DNA of 64,000 bases from NCBI GenBank assembly GCA_963766075.1, contig CAVYAN010000010.1, positions 32,001 to 96,000 of the forward strand, given 5' to 3'. The stretch's first letter is position 1. Each line of letters starts with the position of its first letter. The DNA comes from an uncultured cyanobacterium. GTDB lineage: Bacteria > Cyanobacteriota > Cyanobacteriia > Leptolyngbyales > Leptolyngbyaceae. Shown one piece after another: positions 40,690 through 50,213 of this stretch. The position numbers and the translations under genes were made by a program. Under the pieces are notes generated by a model. The model ran no database searches. It was given only the letters and a program-made list of their open reading frames with translations, and was not told the DNA's origin.

Positions 40690-41454
40690 ATGACTTCTGC
40701 ACAGCCGCTCACTCCCTCTAAACTGGCGACATCTAAGCTGGCTTCGGCCAAATTGGCTTCATCCAAATCGAAGCCGACGGAAGAGGCGATCTACGCAGAA
40801 CTCTATAATTCGATCCTAGAACGCAGGCTGCCACCGGAAACAAAGCTCGGTGAAAACCTTTTGGCAGAGCATTATGGCGTGAGTCGTACAATCATTCGGC
40901 AGGTGCTGCAACGACTGGCGCACGATCGCCTCATCAAATTAGAAGCCAACCGGGGGGCGTTTGTCTCTAGTCTGTCGCTGGAAGAGTCCAAGCAAATTTA
41001 TGAGGCGTGGCGGCTCACAGAAGCGGCGATTGTCCGAGACGTTACTAAAACGATTACCCGCAAACAGATTGCTGCTTTGAAAAAACTGGTGACCGAAGAG
41101 CGACAAGCCTGCGATGAACAAGACATTCATCGGCTAACGCGGCTATCGGCGCAGTTCCATATGCAGCTTGCGGACTTATGTCGGAATAAATTTCTCGGTC
41201 GGTTCTTGAAGGAATTGGTGCCCCAAACGTCCCTGGCGTTTTTTTATGAAGTGAAAAGCATGCCCATTTGCACCAAAGATGAGCACAGTGAGATCTTAGA
41301 CTACATCGCATCGGGAAATGAGGAAGCGGCGGTGGCGGCGGCGATGCGCCACTTGGACGGAATTGAGAAAGCCTTAAATGCGCGGGTGGCCATGAAAAAG
41401 CCCGCCAGTTTGGTTGATCTGCTCAATTCCAGAGTGCCCTCTCTATCCCCATGA
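40690..41454 (+). CDS. GntR-family regulator with FCD domain
   Basis: LPPETKLGE..LAEHYGVSRT, ANRGAFV, FH...EH...H. Confidence 0.9.
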   Translation: MTSAQPLTPSKLATSKLASAKLASSKSKPTEEAIYAELYNSILERRLPPETKLGENLLAEHYGVSRTIIRQVLQRLAHDRLIKLEANRGAFVSSLSLEESKQIYEAWRLTEAAIVRDVTKTITRKQIAALKKLVTEERQACDEQDIHRLTRLSAQFHMQLADLCRNKFLGRFLKELVPQTSLAFFYEVKSMPICTKDEHSEILDYIASGNEEAAVAAAMRHLDGIEKALNARVAMKKPASLVDLLNSRVPSLSP

Positions 41455-42776
41455 ATCGCTTTTCCTCCTTTGAGCTGCCAGTATTCCTGGGCCAATTTCT
41501 GCGGTTAACGCTGATCAACATCCTGGCGAATTTGATGGTGCCGTTATCAGGACTGCTGGATATGGCATTTCTGGGGCATCTTGCTGAAATTCACCATCTG
41601 GCCGGAGTCTCTCTGGCGATGGTGCTATTCAACTACCTCTATTGGTCCTTTGGATTTCTCCGGATGGGGACGACGGGCATGACGGCTCAAACAATGGGGC
41701 GGGGCGATCCGGAAGCGGCGCTGTTGATTGGCTTGCGCAATGGCCTCTTGGCGCTGTTGGTCGGGCTGGTGATTTTGGGATTGCAGGATCCTTTACGTGG
41801 GCTGGGGTTTGCCATTTTGAGTGCGACACCGGAGGTCAAGATGGCCGGTACAGCCTTCTACAACGCGTTAATTTGGGGCGCACCGGCAACGCTGGTTAAT
41901 TTTGTGATTGTGGGCTGGTTCCTGGGGCGATCGCAGAGTGCCCACGTGTTAGTGCTGACAGCAGTGAGCAGTGGGGCCAATGTGCTGTTTGACTATGGGT
42001 TCATTGTGCAATGGGGGTGGGCCAGTCGGGGGGCTGGATTGGCGACAACCGCCAGCCAATATTTGATGCTGCTGGTGGCGATCGTGCTGCTAAGTCTCGA
42101 GGTGCAACCCCACCAGATTCGAGCCGTTGCGGGTAAGCTGTGGGACCCATCCGCCTTGCGGGCCACGTTCAGTTTGAATGGTGAGATTCTCATTCGTACC
42201 TTTGCCTTGGTATCGACCTTGGCCCTTTTCACCACTCTGGGGGCGCGGTTGGGCACCGTTGTGTTGACTGTCAATGCCATGTTGATGCAGGCGGTGACTC
42301 TGGCGGCTTACTTCATTGATGGATTGGCCTTTGCCACCGAAAGTCTAGCCGGACTCTTTCGAGGGCAGGGAACATCTAAGTCGTTGATTCAGTTGGTGCA
42401 GGTGGCGGGCTGTGGCAGTTTACTGTTGGGATTACTGTTTGCGATCGCATTTATTGGACAACCCGATGCCTTATTTAAGCTGCTGACCGATCACGTCGAA
42501 GTGCTGGATAATCTCCATCAGTATGTGATTTGGTTGCTACCCGTTTTGGGATTTGGCTCGATTGCTTATATGTTGGATGGCTACTTTCTGGGTCTCACCG
42601 AGGGGCGCATTTTGCGACAAGCCATGCTGCAAGCGGTGGTGATTGGGTTTGTCCCCGGTGCGATCGCCGCTTGGTATGTCCGGAGTAACCATGGTTTGTG
42701 GTGTGCCTTGGCCTCATTCATGGCGGCGCGGGCGATCGCCCTCAGTGTGCAAGTGCCCAAAACCTTGAAGCAATAG
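41451..42776 (+). CDS. MATE family efflux transporter (DinF-like)
   Basis: FGFLRMGTTG, multiple TMs, DGLAFATE. Confidence 0.9.
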   Translation: MNRFSSFELPVFLGQFLRLTLINILANLMVPLSGLLDMAFLGHLAEIHHLAGVSLAMVLFNYLYWSFGFLRMGTTGMTAQTMGRGDPEAALLIGLRNGLLALLVGLVILGLQDPLRGLGFAILSATPEVKMAGTAFYNALIWGAPATLVNFVIVGWFLGRSQSAHVLVLTAVSSGANVLFDYGFIVQWGWASRGAGLATTASQYLMLLVAIVLLSLEVQPHQIRAVAGKLWDPSALRATFSLNGEILIRTFALVSTLALFTTLGARLGTVVLTVNAMLMQAVTLAAYFIDGLAFATESLAGLFRGQGTSKSLIQLVQVAGCGSLLLGLLFAIAFIGQPDALFKLLTDHVEVLDNLHQYVIWLLPVLGFGSIAYMLDGYFLGLTEGRILRQAMLQAVVIGFVPGAIAAWYVRSNHGLWCALASFMAARAIALSVQVPKTLKQ

Positions 42777-43037
42777 AAACAAAAAACAATGGCAACACAA
42801 GTCCATTGGAGGGCGGCAACGCAATCGGTGGGATGATCCAGGGGTCAGATCTAAACTTTTTAGATCCAAGTCTTTCTTTTTAGATCCAAATCTTTTTAGA
42901 GGATGTGTTCCTGCCAACATTCGGTTGATAAACCACTGGCGGTATACTCTCGGATATTAAATCCGGCAGGTCGATGGGCTTACCGCGTTTTTTGGCACTT
43001 GCCAGAAGTCAAAGTCGTATCTGCTACCTTTTCAATC

Positions 43038-43589
43038 ATGGGAGCGTCAGTGTTGCTTGAGATCATCCAGATTGTCATTGTTCAGTTTGGGGTTGCTGGG
43101 TTGCTCTTGTTTCTGGGTGACTTGATTTCTACGTTTCTATATCATGTTCCAGAGCATGTATTTGGTAAATTGCATTTAAAAACTCACCATGCGGCCCAAA
43201 AAACCTTCAGCCACTATGCGGTGCTTTTTCTTGACGCCCAAGTATTGTTGGATGGTTTGCTAGGGGCTTTGTCCTATTTGCTGATGGCGGTGATGTTGTG
43301 GCAATACTCCCCGATCGGGGTGGGGGTGGGGCTACTGTTGGGGCAGGGGCATGTGTGGTGGCGGCACACCAGTGCTTTGGGTTGGCGAACGCCGGGACTG
43401 ATTGTGGGTTTCTGTCGCGTGCTTGGCATTACGACACCGGAACAGCATTGGGTTCATCATCAGAAGGTCACGCATGGATTTGGTGATATTTTCACCTGTT
43501 TTGACTATCCGGCTAGGGTCTGGTTGCGCTGGCTGAGATGGCTTAGGGTACATGTGCGATCGCGCAATACTCATTTCACCATCGGTTGA
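43038..43589 (+). CDS. His-rich membrane protein, sterol desaturase/fatty acid hydroxylase-like
   Basis: His boxes YHVPEH, HLKTHH, HVWWRH and HWVHH with TM segments; start uncertain. Confidence 0.6.
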   Translation: MGASVLLEIIQIVIVQFGVAGLLLFLGDLISTFLYHVPEHVFGKLHLKTHHAAQKTFSHYAVLFLDAQVLLDGLLGALSYLLMAVMLWQYSPIGVGVGLLLGQGHVWWRHTSALGWRTPGLIVGFCRVLGITTPEQHWVHHQKVTHGFGDIFTCFDYPARVWLRWLRWLRVHVRSRNTHFTIG

Positions 43590-43591
43590 GC

Positions 43592-44263
43592 ATGATGGGC
43601 GGCCCTACACTCCAAGCAATTTCTTATTTGGCTCCTAACTGGTTTGAGTTTTACAAAGCGGTAACGCTGGCGCTGGCGAGATCGCTTGATGTGGAAATTC
43701 AACTTCAGCAAGGAGCGTGCGACCCCTTGGCGGATCCCTGGCTGGTACAGCATCGCCTGGATTTGGCTTTCATTTGTGGGTTGCCCTGGATTCGCCATAA
43801 TCACGTGGCTCCAGATGCTTTGCAGGTATTAGCGGCCCCGGTCATGCAAGCAGCCCGGTATGGCGATCGACCGATCTATTTTGCGGATGTGATTGTGAAT
43901 GCAGACAGTGATATTGATAGCTTTGAAGATTTGTCCGGTCGATCCTTTGGCTACAACGATCTGGGATCCAACAGTGGTTATAATCTGGTGCGTTGGTACT
44001 TACTGAGTCAGGGCTATCCCGTGGATTTTTGGGGGGATTGTGTATTATCTGGATCGCATCAACAATCGTTGGCGTGGGTGCTGGAGGGCCGAGTAGACTG
44101 GGCAGCCCTTGATAGCACCGTGCTGGAAATGGCGTTAGAACAGCATCCAGAATGGGGCAATCGTGTGAAGGTGATTGCAGAGATCGGGCCTGCGCCCATG
44201 CCGCCCATTGTGGCCGCTACGCATCTGGGAGCGGCCAGGATTCAGCAACTGCGATCGGCGCTA
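43592..44263 (+). pseudogene. PhnD/SsuA-like periplasmic binding protein, 3'-truncated by ISAzo13
   Basis: DLAFICG, YNDLGSNSGY, GSHQQSL, AALDSTV; the reading frame runs into the IS IR at 44264. Confidence 0.75.
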
Positions 44264-45572
44264 GGCGATTTCCATAAAAGAGACTACCGAGTTGAGTAGA
44301 ATGGTTCTATTGTTTCAATAAGCCACTGCCGTGAGTATGGACGCTTCCGAGGAAACATCATTGCCCCGCTCTCAAATTGAAGATCTGCGTCTGGCTGCAT
44401 CAAAAATGAATCTGGTGGATCGCCGGAGCTTCCAAGCGGAGATGACTTTGAAATACTGTGCGGGTAAAGCCCGTTTGGCCGAATCACGATTTGGCTGGGG
44501 CCGGGAAAGCGTGGAACTCGGACTGGCCGAGCGGCGGACGGGCCTGGTCTGTATCGGTGCTCAATCCGGGTACTCGGGGGCAAAACGGTGGGAAGACAAA
44601 AATCCGGCAGCGGCGGCGACGTTACGAGTGATTGCCGAAGCGCAATCGCAACAAGAACCGACATTTCACAGTTCGATTGCGTATACACGATTAACCACAA
44701 AATCGGCGCTGAAGGCGCTCCAGGATGCTGGGATTGAGGCATCGATTTTACCGTCCGAGAATGGCATGGGATTAATTCTGCATCGGTTGGGTTACCGATT
44801 ACGCAAAGTCGTTAAAGCCAAGCCAAAAAAAAGTGCCTGAAACCGATGCGATTTTCGAGAATATCAGAACGAAAGACCAGACGGTCAAAATTGGTGTGGT
44901 CAAACGCTTAAGTATGGATTGCAAAGCGACCGTTAATCTCGGGGAGTTTGCACGCGGTGGCCAAACTCGCGGACCAAATCAGGCTCTGGATCATGATTTT
45001 AGTCCCGTCGGTAAATCAATTCCCTGTGGAATTTTGGACGAAGACAGCGGTCAACTTTATCTTCACTTTGGCAATTCTGCTAAGACCAGTGATTTTATGG
45101 TCGATAATTTACAGGCTTGGTGGAATGGCTTACCCGTCTCGGTGCAAGCGGTGATGCAATTACTCCAATTAAAAATTGATAATGGACCAGAGAGTAGCGG
45201 GGTTCGGACTCAATTCCTGAAACGGATGGTCGCCTTTGCCGACACCATCGGTAAGCCAATTCAGCTCTTGTACTATCCGCCTTATCATAGTAAGTATAAT
45301 CCCATCGAGCGGTGCTGGGGGATTCTCGAACAACACTGGAATGGGACATTGCTGCGGGCTCTGCAAACCCTATTAGCATGGGCGAAAAGCATGACCTGGA
45401 AGGGGATTCACCCGATTGTTCAGTTAAACAATCAGATTTATGAAAAGGGCATTTCACTCTCCAAACAGGCGATGCGTGAAGTTGAATACAGGCTGGAACG
45501 CAATCCCGAACTACCCAAATGGGACATTTTGATTCAACCAGCTAATCGGTAGGCTTATTCTTGGGAATCGCC
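44264..45572 (+). mobile_element. ISAzo13-family IS; transposase split by -1 frameshift (44331..44840 and 44833..45552)
   Basis: Imperfect IRs ggcgatttccataaaagagactacc / ggtaggcttattcttgggaatcgcc, flanked by cta/tta. A8 run at 44825-44832. DNGPESSG and YPPYHSKYNPIERCW motifs. Confidence 0.9.
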
Positions 45573-45627
45573 TTAAGCCAACCCCAAGTGCGTTCGACAA
45601 CCCAACGTTTCGGCAGCAAGACAAAGC

Positions 45628-46283
45628 GGCGTTGCATAATAGGGGTATGAATTAGGGTGAATTAGCATGGAATGTCCTGAGTGCAACTCAACCCATGTCT
45701 GTAAAAATGGAATCAAGAAAGGTAAACAAAATCACATTTGCGTCGATTGTGGTCGGCAATTTATTGATGTTTATGCCCCGCCCCGCGGCTACAGTGACGC
45801 GATGAAACGGGAATGTCTCACGATGTATGTCAACGGCATGGGGTTTCGGGAGATCGAGCGGGTCAAAGGGGTGCATCATACCACCGTGATGACTTGGGTC
45901 AGACAAGTTGGCGAACGCCTGCCGAATGCTTACGCCCCTGACAAAATTCCTCAAGTGGGTGAATTGGATGAATTGGAAACCTTTATTGGTCAAAAAAACA
46001 AAATCTGGATCTGGACAGCCGTTGACCACTTCAGCCAAGGCATTTTAGGGTGGGTTTTAGGCGACCACAGCGCCGAAACGTTCCGGCCGTTATGGGCCAT
46101 TGTGGCCACTTGGCAGTGCTATTTCTACGTCACGGATGGGTGGTCAGTCTATCCCGGCTTCATTCCGGACGGTGACCAAATTATTTGCAAGACCTACATG
46201 ACTCGCGTGGAAGGCGAAAATACGCGATTACGGCATGATCTAGCCCGCTTACATCGCAAGACCCTCTGTTATTCCAAGTCAGC
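45628..46283 (+). mobile_element. IS1-family element, 3'-truncated (transposase ORF from 45667)
   Basis: CPEC/CVDC zinc ribbon, ELDELETF, TDGW, VEGENTRLRH. Probable left end ggcgttgcataatagggg; right end absent. Confidence 0.85.
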
Positions 46284-46431
46284 ATTTCCTCTGATTTGGA
46301 ATAACAAAGTGTCTTGCGATGCAGTCGCGCCAAGTAGTGTCGCAACCGAGTGTTTTCACCTTCTACCCGTGTCATGTAAGTCTTGCTAACAATCTGGTCG
46401 CCGTCTGGAATAAATCCTGGATAGACTGACC
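46279..46431 (-). mobile_element. Fragment of a second, diverged IS1 transposase in inverted orientation
   Basis: Minus strand reads SVYPGFIPDGDQIVSKTYMTRVEGENTRLRHYLARLHRKTLCYSKSEEML, with many synonymous differences from the + copy. Confidence 0.85.
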
Positions 46432-46565
46432 TTCACGGGCCAGTTGTTCAATCTCTTGAGGTGTCATGGTTGTACTTCCAAATTGGGTGTGACGAGTGAG
46501 TGAATGCAGCAAACGGGAAGAGCGAGTTATCTCCGGGAGAGGATTCTGATCGCTAAAGTTGGCCG

Positions 46566-47477
46566 TCAGGGCATCCCTCCTTCAACATTCAAAGGACAAA
46601 TATTGCGGATATCCCAGACGTAGATTTCTTGGCCCGTGTCGAGCCGTGCTTTCCAGGCGGTCATTCTTTGGCTGGGGTTGGGATGGGGATTGGGGATGGC
46701 GAGCAGGGTGGCGGGCTGCCAGGTGCTGATGGATTTGACCGTGACGCGATCGCCGATCTCAAATTCAGAGAAATCTCCTCTCCTTTCCAGTGGAGGTTCA
46801 TCTGTAGACCGCTGTAGACCGTGTGTAGACATCGTGTCTACACACCACAAGCTTTGCTCTGAAAGGAATTCAGCATTTTCTAGAGACGCTATAGTCACTG
46901 TAGACACGATTGGAAAAGGATCGAGCGCATCCAGGAATATCTCTCCTACCGGACTGTCCTGTGTAGCGGTGAGTAGACCGTCTGTAGACACTTGTAAGCT
47001 CTGTGCAATGGAGTATTCAGCGTTTTCTAGAGATGCTGTAGACGTTGTCGGCGCTGTAGATGCTAAATCAGTCGATGCCGTTAACAAACAGAATGAAAAG
47101 GCGGTCTTTTGGGAAGTGTAGGAAATCTTGTCTACAGTGTCTACCGTTTCCTGGAATCTCTTAGGTGTAGGGGTTTCAGCAGTAGATAACTCTTGTCTAC
47201 AGATGTCTACAGTGTCTGCGGTTTTAGTTCTAAATTTGAGTCGAATTCCGATTCCTTCCATTTCGCCATGCCCCATGCTAACTAGCTCTGAGAACATGTC
47301 ACGGATTTGATCTGGGAGAGTGGCTTTCAGCCCTCGAATGCCATTTTTGGTATCTCTAGCAGTAATCCAGCCTTTGCAATCGCTCAGTTCGATAATTTTT
47401 GCCAACAAGGGAGGTACTTCGCCTTGCATCTCATCCCCCCAACCATGAATCAGCCGCACCTGACCCAAACAAAACTT
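46566..47477 (-). pseudogene. C-terminal fragment of a probable plasmid/phage replication (primase-helicase, DUF3987-type) protein, cut by IS1
   Basis: wHTH-like KGWITARD...IRDMFSELV..GHG followed by a low-complexity T/V/D/S region carrying repeated GTAGAC/GTCTAC. Family assignment is from recall. Confidence 0.5.
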
Positions 47478-48351
47478 GGTAGTGTTCTAGACATGGGGAT
47501 TGATGCAGTCAAACTGCTCGTCCAAACTCATAGCGATTGACGAACAAACCAATCACGATGTCGTGCAGCCATTCAGATTTGGAGAAGCAGATCGTTTTGC
47601 GAGCTAATTGCTTAATTCGGGTTCGTAACGTTAAGTGTTTGCGCTCGATTTTTTGGGTATTCCACTTGCCAACGACGTGCTGGTCTTCATCCAACAAACG
47701 AGCCTATGCTCCCCAGCCTAAGCCTGCGGCACGCTCAGCGAACGGTGTAAAAAGTTTGAACGCCAAATGGCTCTAACAATGCCTTTAACTCGACCAATGC
47801 CTGAACTTTATGATCTGCCAGCACATACGCCAACACTTGTCCGGTTTGATGATCAATTGCGTGCCATAACCAACGCTCCTGTTTTTTACACCGGACAAAA
47901 CTCCACATCTCGTCTGCTTCAGCTTCCTCGACGTGTTTGGCAACGGTCACAGTCGTTGGCTTGAGTTGTTCCAACAAAGGACGGTTGCCCTGTTCAAGCT
48001 GACGACCTTTTTTTAATTCTTCAATCACGGTGGTGGGACTAATCTTGAGTACTCGTGCGGTATCGCGAACCCCGCTGCCGTTAAGCACCATCTCACGAAT
48101 CTGTTGCTTCACCGCTGGCAAGTAGCCTCGGTAGGAATACTCTAGAACAAAGCTATGACGCGTGCATTCAGGATTGCGGCATTTATGTCGCTGCTTACCT
48201 TCGGCGGTTTTGCCATGCTTGACGATATTCGGGCTGTCACAGGTGGGGCAATGTACAGGTTCAAGTACCATTGCTGTCGTTTAGGAATGATCTAACTGAT
48301 TCAAGTAGTCCTATTTTCCCTGATCTCTATCCCCATGTCTAGAACACCACC
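47478..48351 (-). mobile_element. IS1-family element, inactivated
   Basis: 23-bp IRs ggtagtgttctagacatggggat / atccccatgtctagaacaccacc (1 mismatch). ORF pieces 47735..48271 and 47509..47697 (CPTC, ADEMWSFV, IERKHLTLRTRIK). Internal insertion and stop. Confidence 0.9.
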
Positions 48352-48360
48352 TTCTGATTT

Positions 48361-48750
48361 GAGACCACGAGACTCATTATAGACTTAATAAAAGACCAAT
48401 TTGAGACTTACAAGACAGTTATCGCTCTGGCAGCTCACCTCTCTTGGGGCCTTCACACGACTGTCTCATAAAAGAATTAGAGACTTAAAACTAGACTCGC
48501 AATGGGTCCAAAATGAGATGAATGAGACGGCAAATTGTTGGATAATCGTCTTATATAGAGATTGAGAGACTCTTTTATAGACTTATAAATAGACTAATGT
48601 GCACCTATCGAGACTGAAATAGAGATTGTAAGACTCTTCTCTGGACTTATAAATAGACCAATGTGCACCTATTGAGACTGGTCTTAAAATAATAAATCAA
48701 GACTCATTTTAAGTCTTTATACAAGTCTTATTTGAGATTAATGAGACAAA
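48361..48750. repeat. AT-rich array of AGAC/GTCT motifs including a 64-bp tandem duplication (~48555-48680)
   Basis: About 18 AGAC and 5 GTCT by hand count, often 11-12 bp apart; motif pairs 48567/48631, 48591/48655 and 48611/48675. Confidence 0.85.
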
Positions 48751-49427
48751 AAATAGTAAGGAAATTTTCAGGGCCAGAAAATAATATACTCGTTGGCGGA
48801 GCGGGGATGGAAATCGCTTTCTGTAGAGTAGTCAGCTAAGATTGCCTCCTTAGTTTATGGGGGTTTATGGGGTGCTGCGAATAGGATGGCGAGGGAGACG
48901 GGTTGGATCGGCGATCGGGGGATTGTCTCTTTTGAGAATTTGAGAATTTATATAAGACTAATTGTAAGACTTAAAAAAGATCGTGAGACAAGGGTGGCGC
49001 GGGGAGGTTAGGCGATCGCGGGTGGCAAGGAGAATGTGCCAAAATCGGGCGATCGCACCTTGGAGGGGCGTTTTTGAGGGGCTAAAATCTAGTCCAATTT
49101 TAGTCCACTTGATTTTTATATCAATTGAAAATCAGTCAAAACTCCTTTCATAATTGGTTTTCGAAAATACTTAACGCGCCTGATGCTTTGCGTATACCGC
49201 AGAAGTGCAATCTGGATTTGGCTCACCCAGCACCCCTCTCAAGACAACCATTTTTCTCAAAGCTAACGGGATGTTAACCCCATCACAACCTTTTCTAAGC
49301 CAGAGGCTGAGAGAATTCGTAAGCAGCCTGAGTGTGATGTTTTTAACATTTTTGGTTACGGAGTCATGAAACACTGTCCGGTCGGCTGGGTTTTAGCGGG
49401 TGTCTATCGTTTATTCCTAGGGTTTGT

Positions 49428-50213
49428 ATGGCCTCTGTAGTGCAGATTGATTCCTCCTTGGCGCAAGCGTCGTCGTCCTCCCCATCTTCCCTGCAGCAAG
49501 TCTGCCAAGGGCAACTGTCCACCCCGGAACTGCTGCGCCTCCTCCAGCAATATCGCCTGCTGCCCCAACTGCTCCGGGAATTGGTCATTGACGCAGCGAT
49601 CGCCCCCATCTCCTGTACCTTTGCAGAAACCGTAGAAGTCTGCAAACAGTTCTACGCCCAGCATCAAATCACCAATGATGCCGAGCGCGCTGTCTGGCTG
49701 GAACAAAATCAGCTCACCGCAGCCGATCTGGATCATCTAATGACGCGTAACCTACGCCTAGATCGCTACAAACAAGCCACCTGGGGTAGCAAACTCGAAT
49801 CCTATTTTCTGCAGCGCAAAAAGCAGCTCGACCAAGTTATTTACTCCTTGCTGCGGGTAGAAGATCGGCACTTAGCCCAGGAACTCTACTTTCGGATTCA
49901 AGATGGCGAGCAAACCTTTGCCGCAGTGGTGCGGGAATTTTCCCAGGGCCAAGAGGTCCAAACCGACGGCATGATTGGGCCGGCCACCTTGAATACTCCA
50001 CACCCCGCGATCGCCCAGCGTCTCGCCACTCTCCAACCCGGTGAGTTATCTCCCCCCTTCCAAGTCGGGCAATGGGTGGTGATCGTGCGATTAGAAAAAT
50101 TGATCGCTGCCCAATTCGATCAAGCCATGCAGCAGCGCTTACTCACCGAATTATTTGAGCAGTGGGTCCAAACAGAAGTCACCTTAGCCAGCCAGCGGTC
50201 ACGTCTAATATGA
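49428..50213 (+). CDS. PpiC/parvulin-type peptidylprolyl isomerase associated with T1SS
   Basis: LDQVIYSLLRV, AQELYFRI, FSQGQE..TDG.IGP; ATGA overlap with the next gene. Confidence 0.88.
   Translation: MASVVQIDSSLAQASSSSPSSLQQVCQGQLSTPELLRLLQQYRLLPQLLRELVIDAAIAPISCTFAETVEVCKQFYAQHQITNDAERAVWLEQNQLTAADLDHLMTRNLRLDRYKQATWGSKLESYFLQRKKQLDQVIYSLLRVEDRHLAQELYFRIQDGEQTFAAVVREFSQGQEVQTDGMIGPATLNTPHPAIAQRLATLQPGELSPPFQVGQWVVIVRLEKLIAAQFDQAMQQRLLTELFEQWVQTEVTLASQRSRLI

Noticed and set aside
40302..40766. 154-aa minus ORF and 93-aa plus ORF in the ABC/GntR intergenic region
   Set aside because: No motifs; they include a short 15-bp tandem repeat and overlap the probable promoter and gntR start.
41451..42776. 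MATE as evidence of a toxin biosynthesis cluster
   Set aside because: A generic DinF-like transporter with no accompanying biosynthetic genes.
49085..49260. tRNA/tmRNA integration site at the edge of the IS patch
   Set aside because: No cloverleaf, T-loop motif or CCA end recognised.
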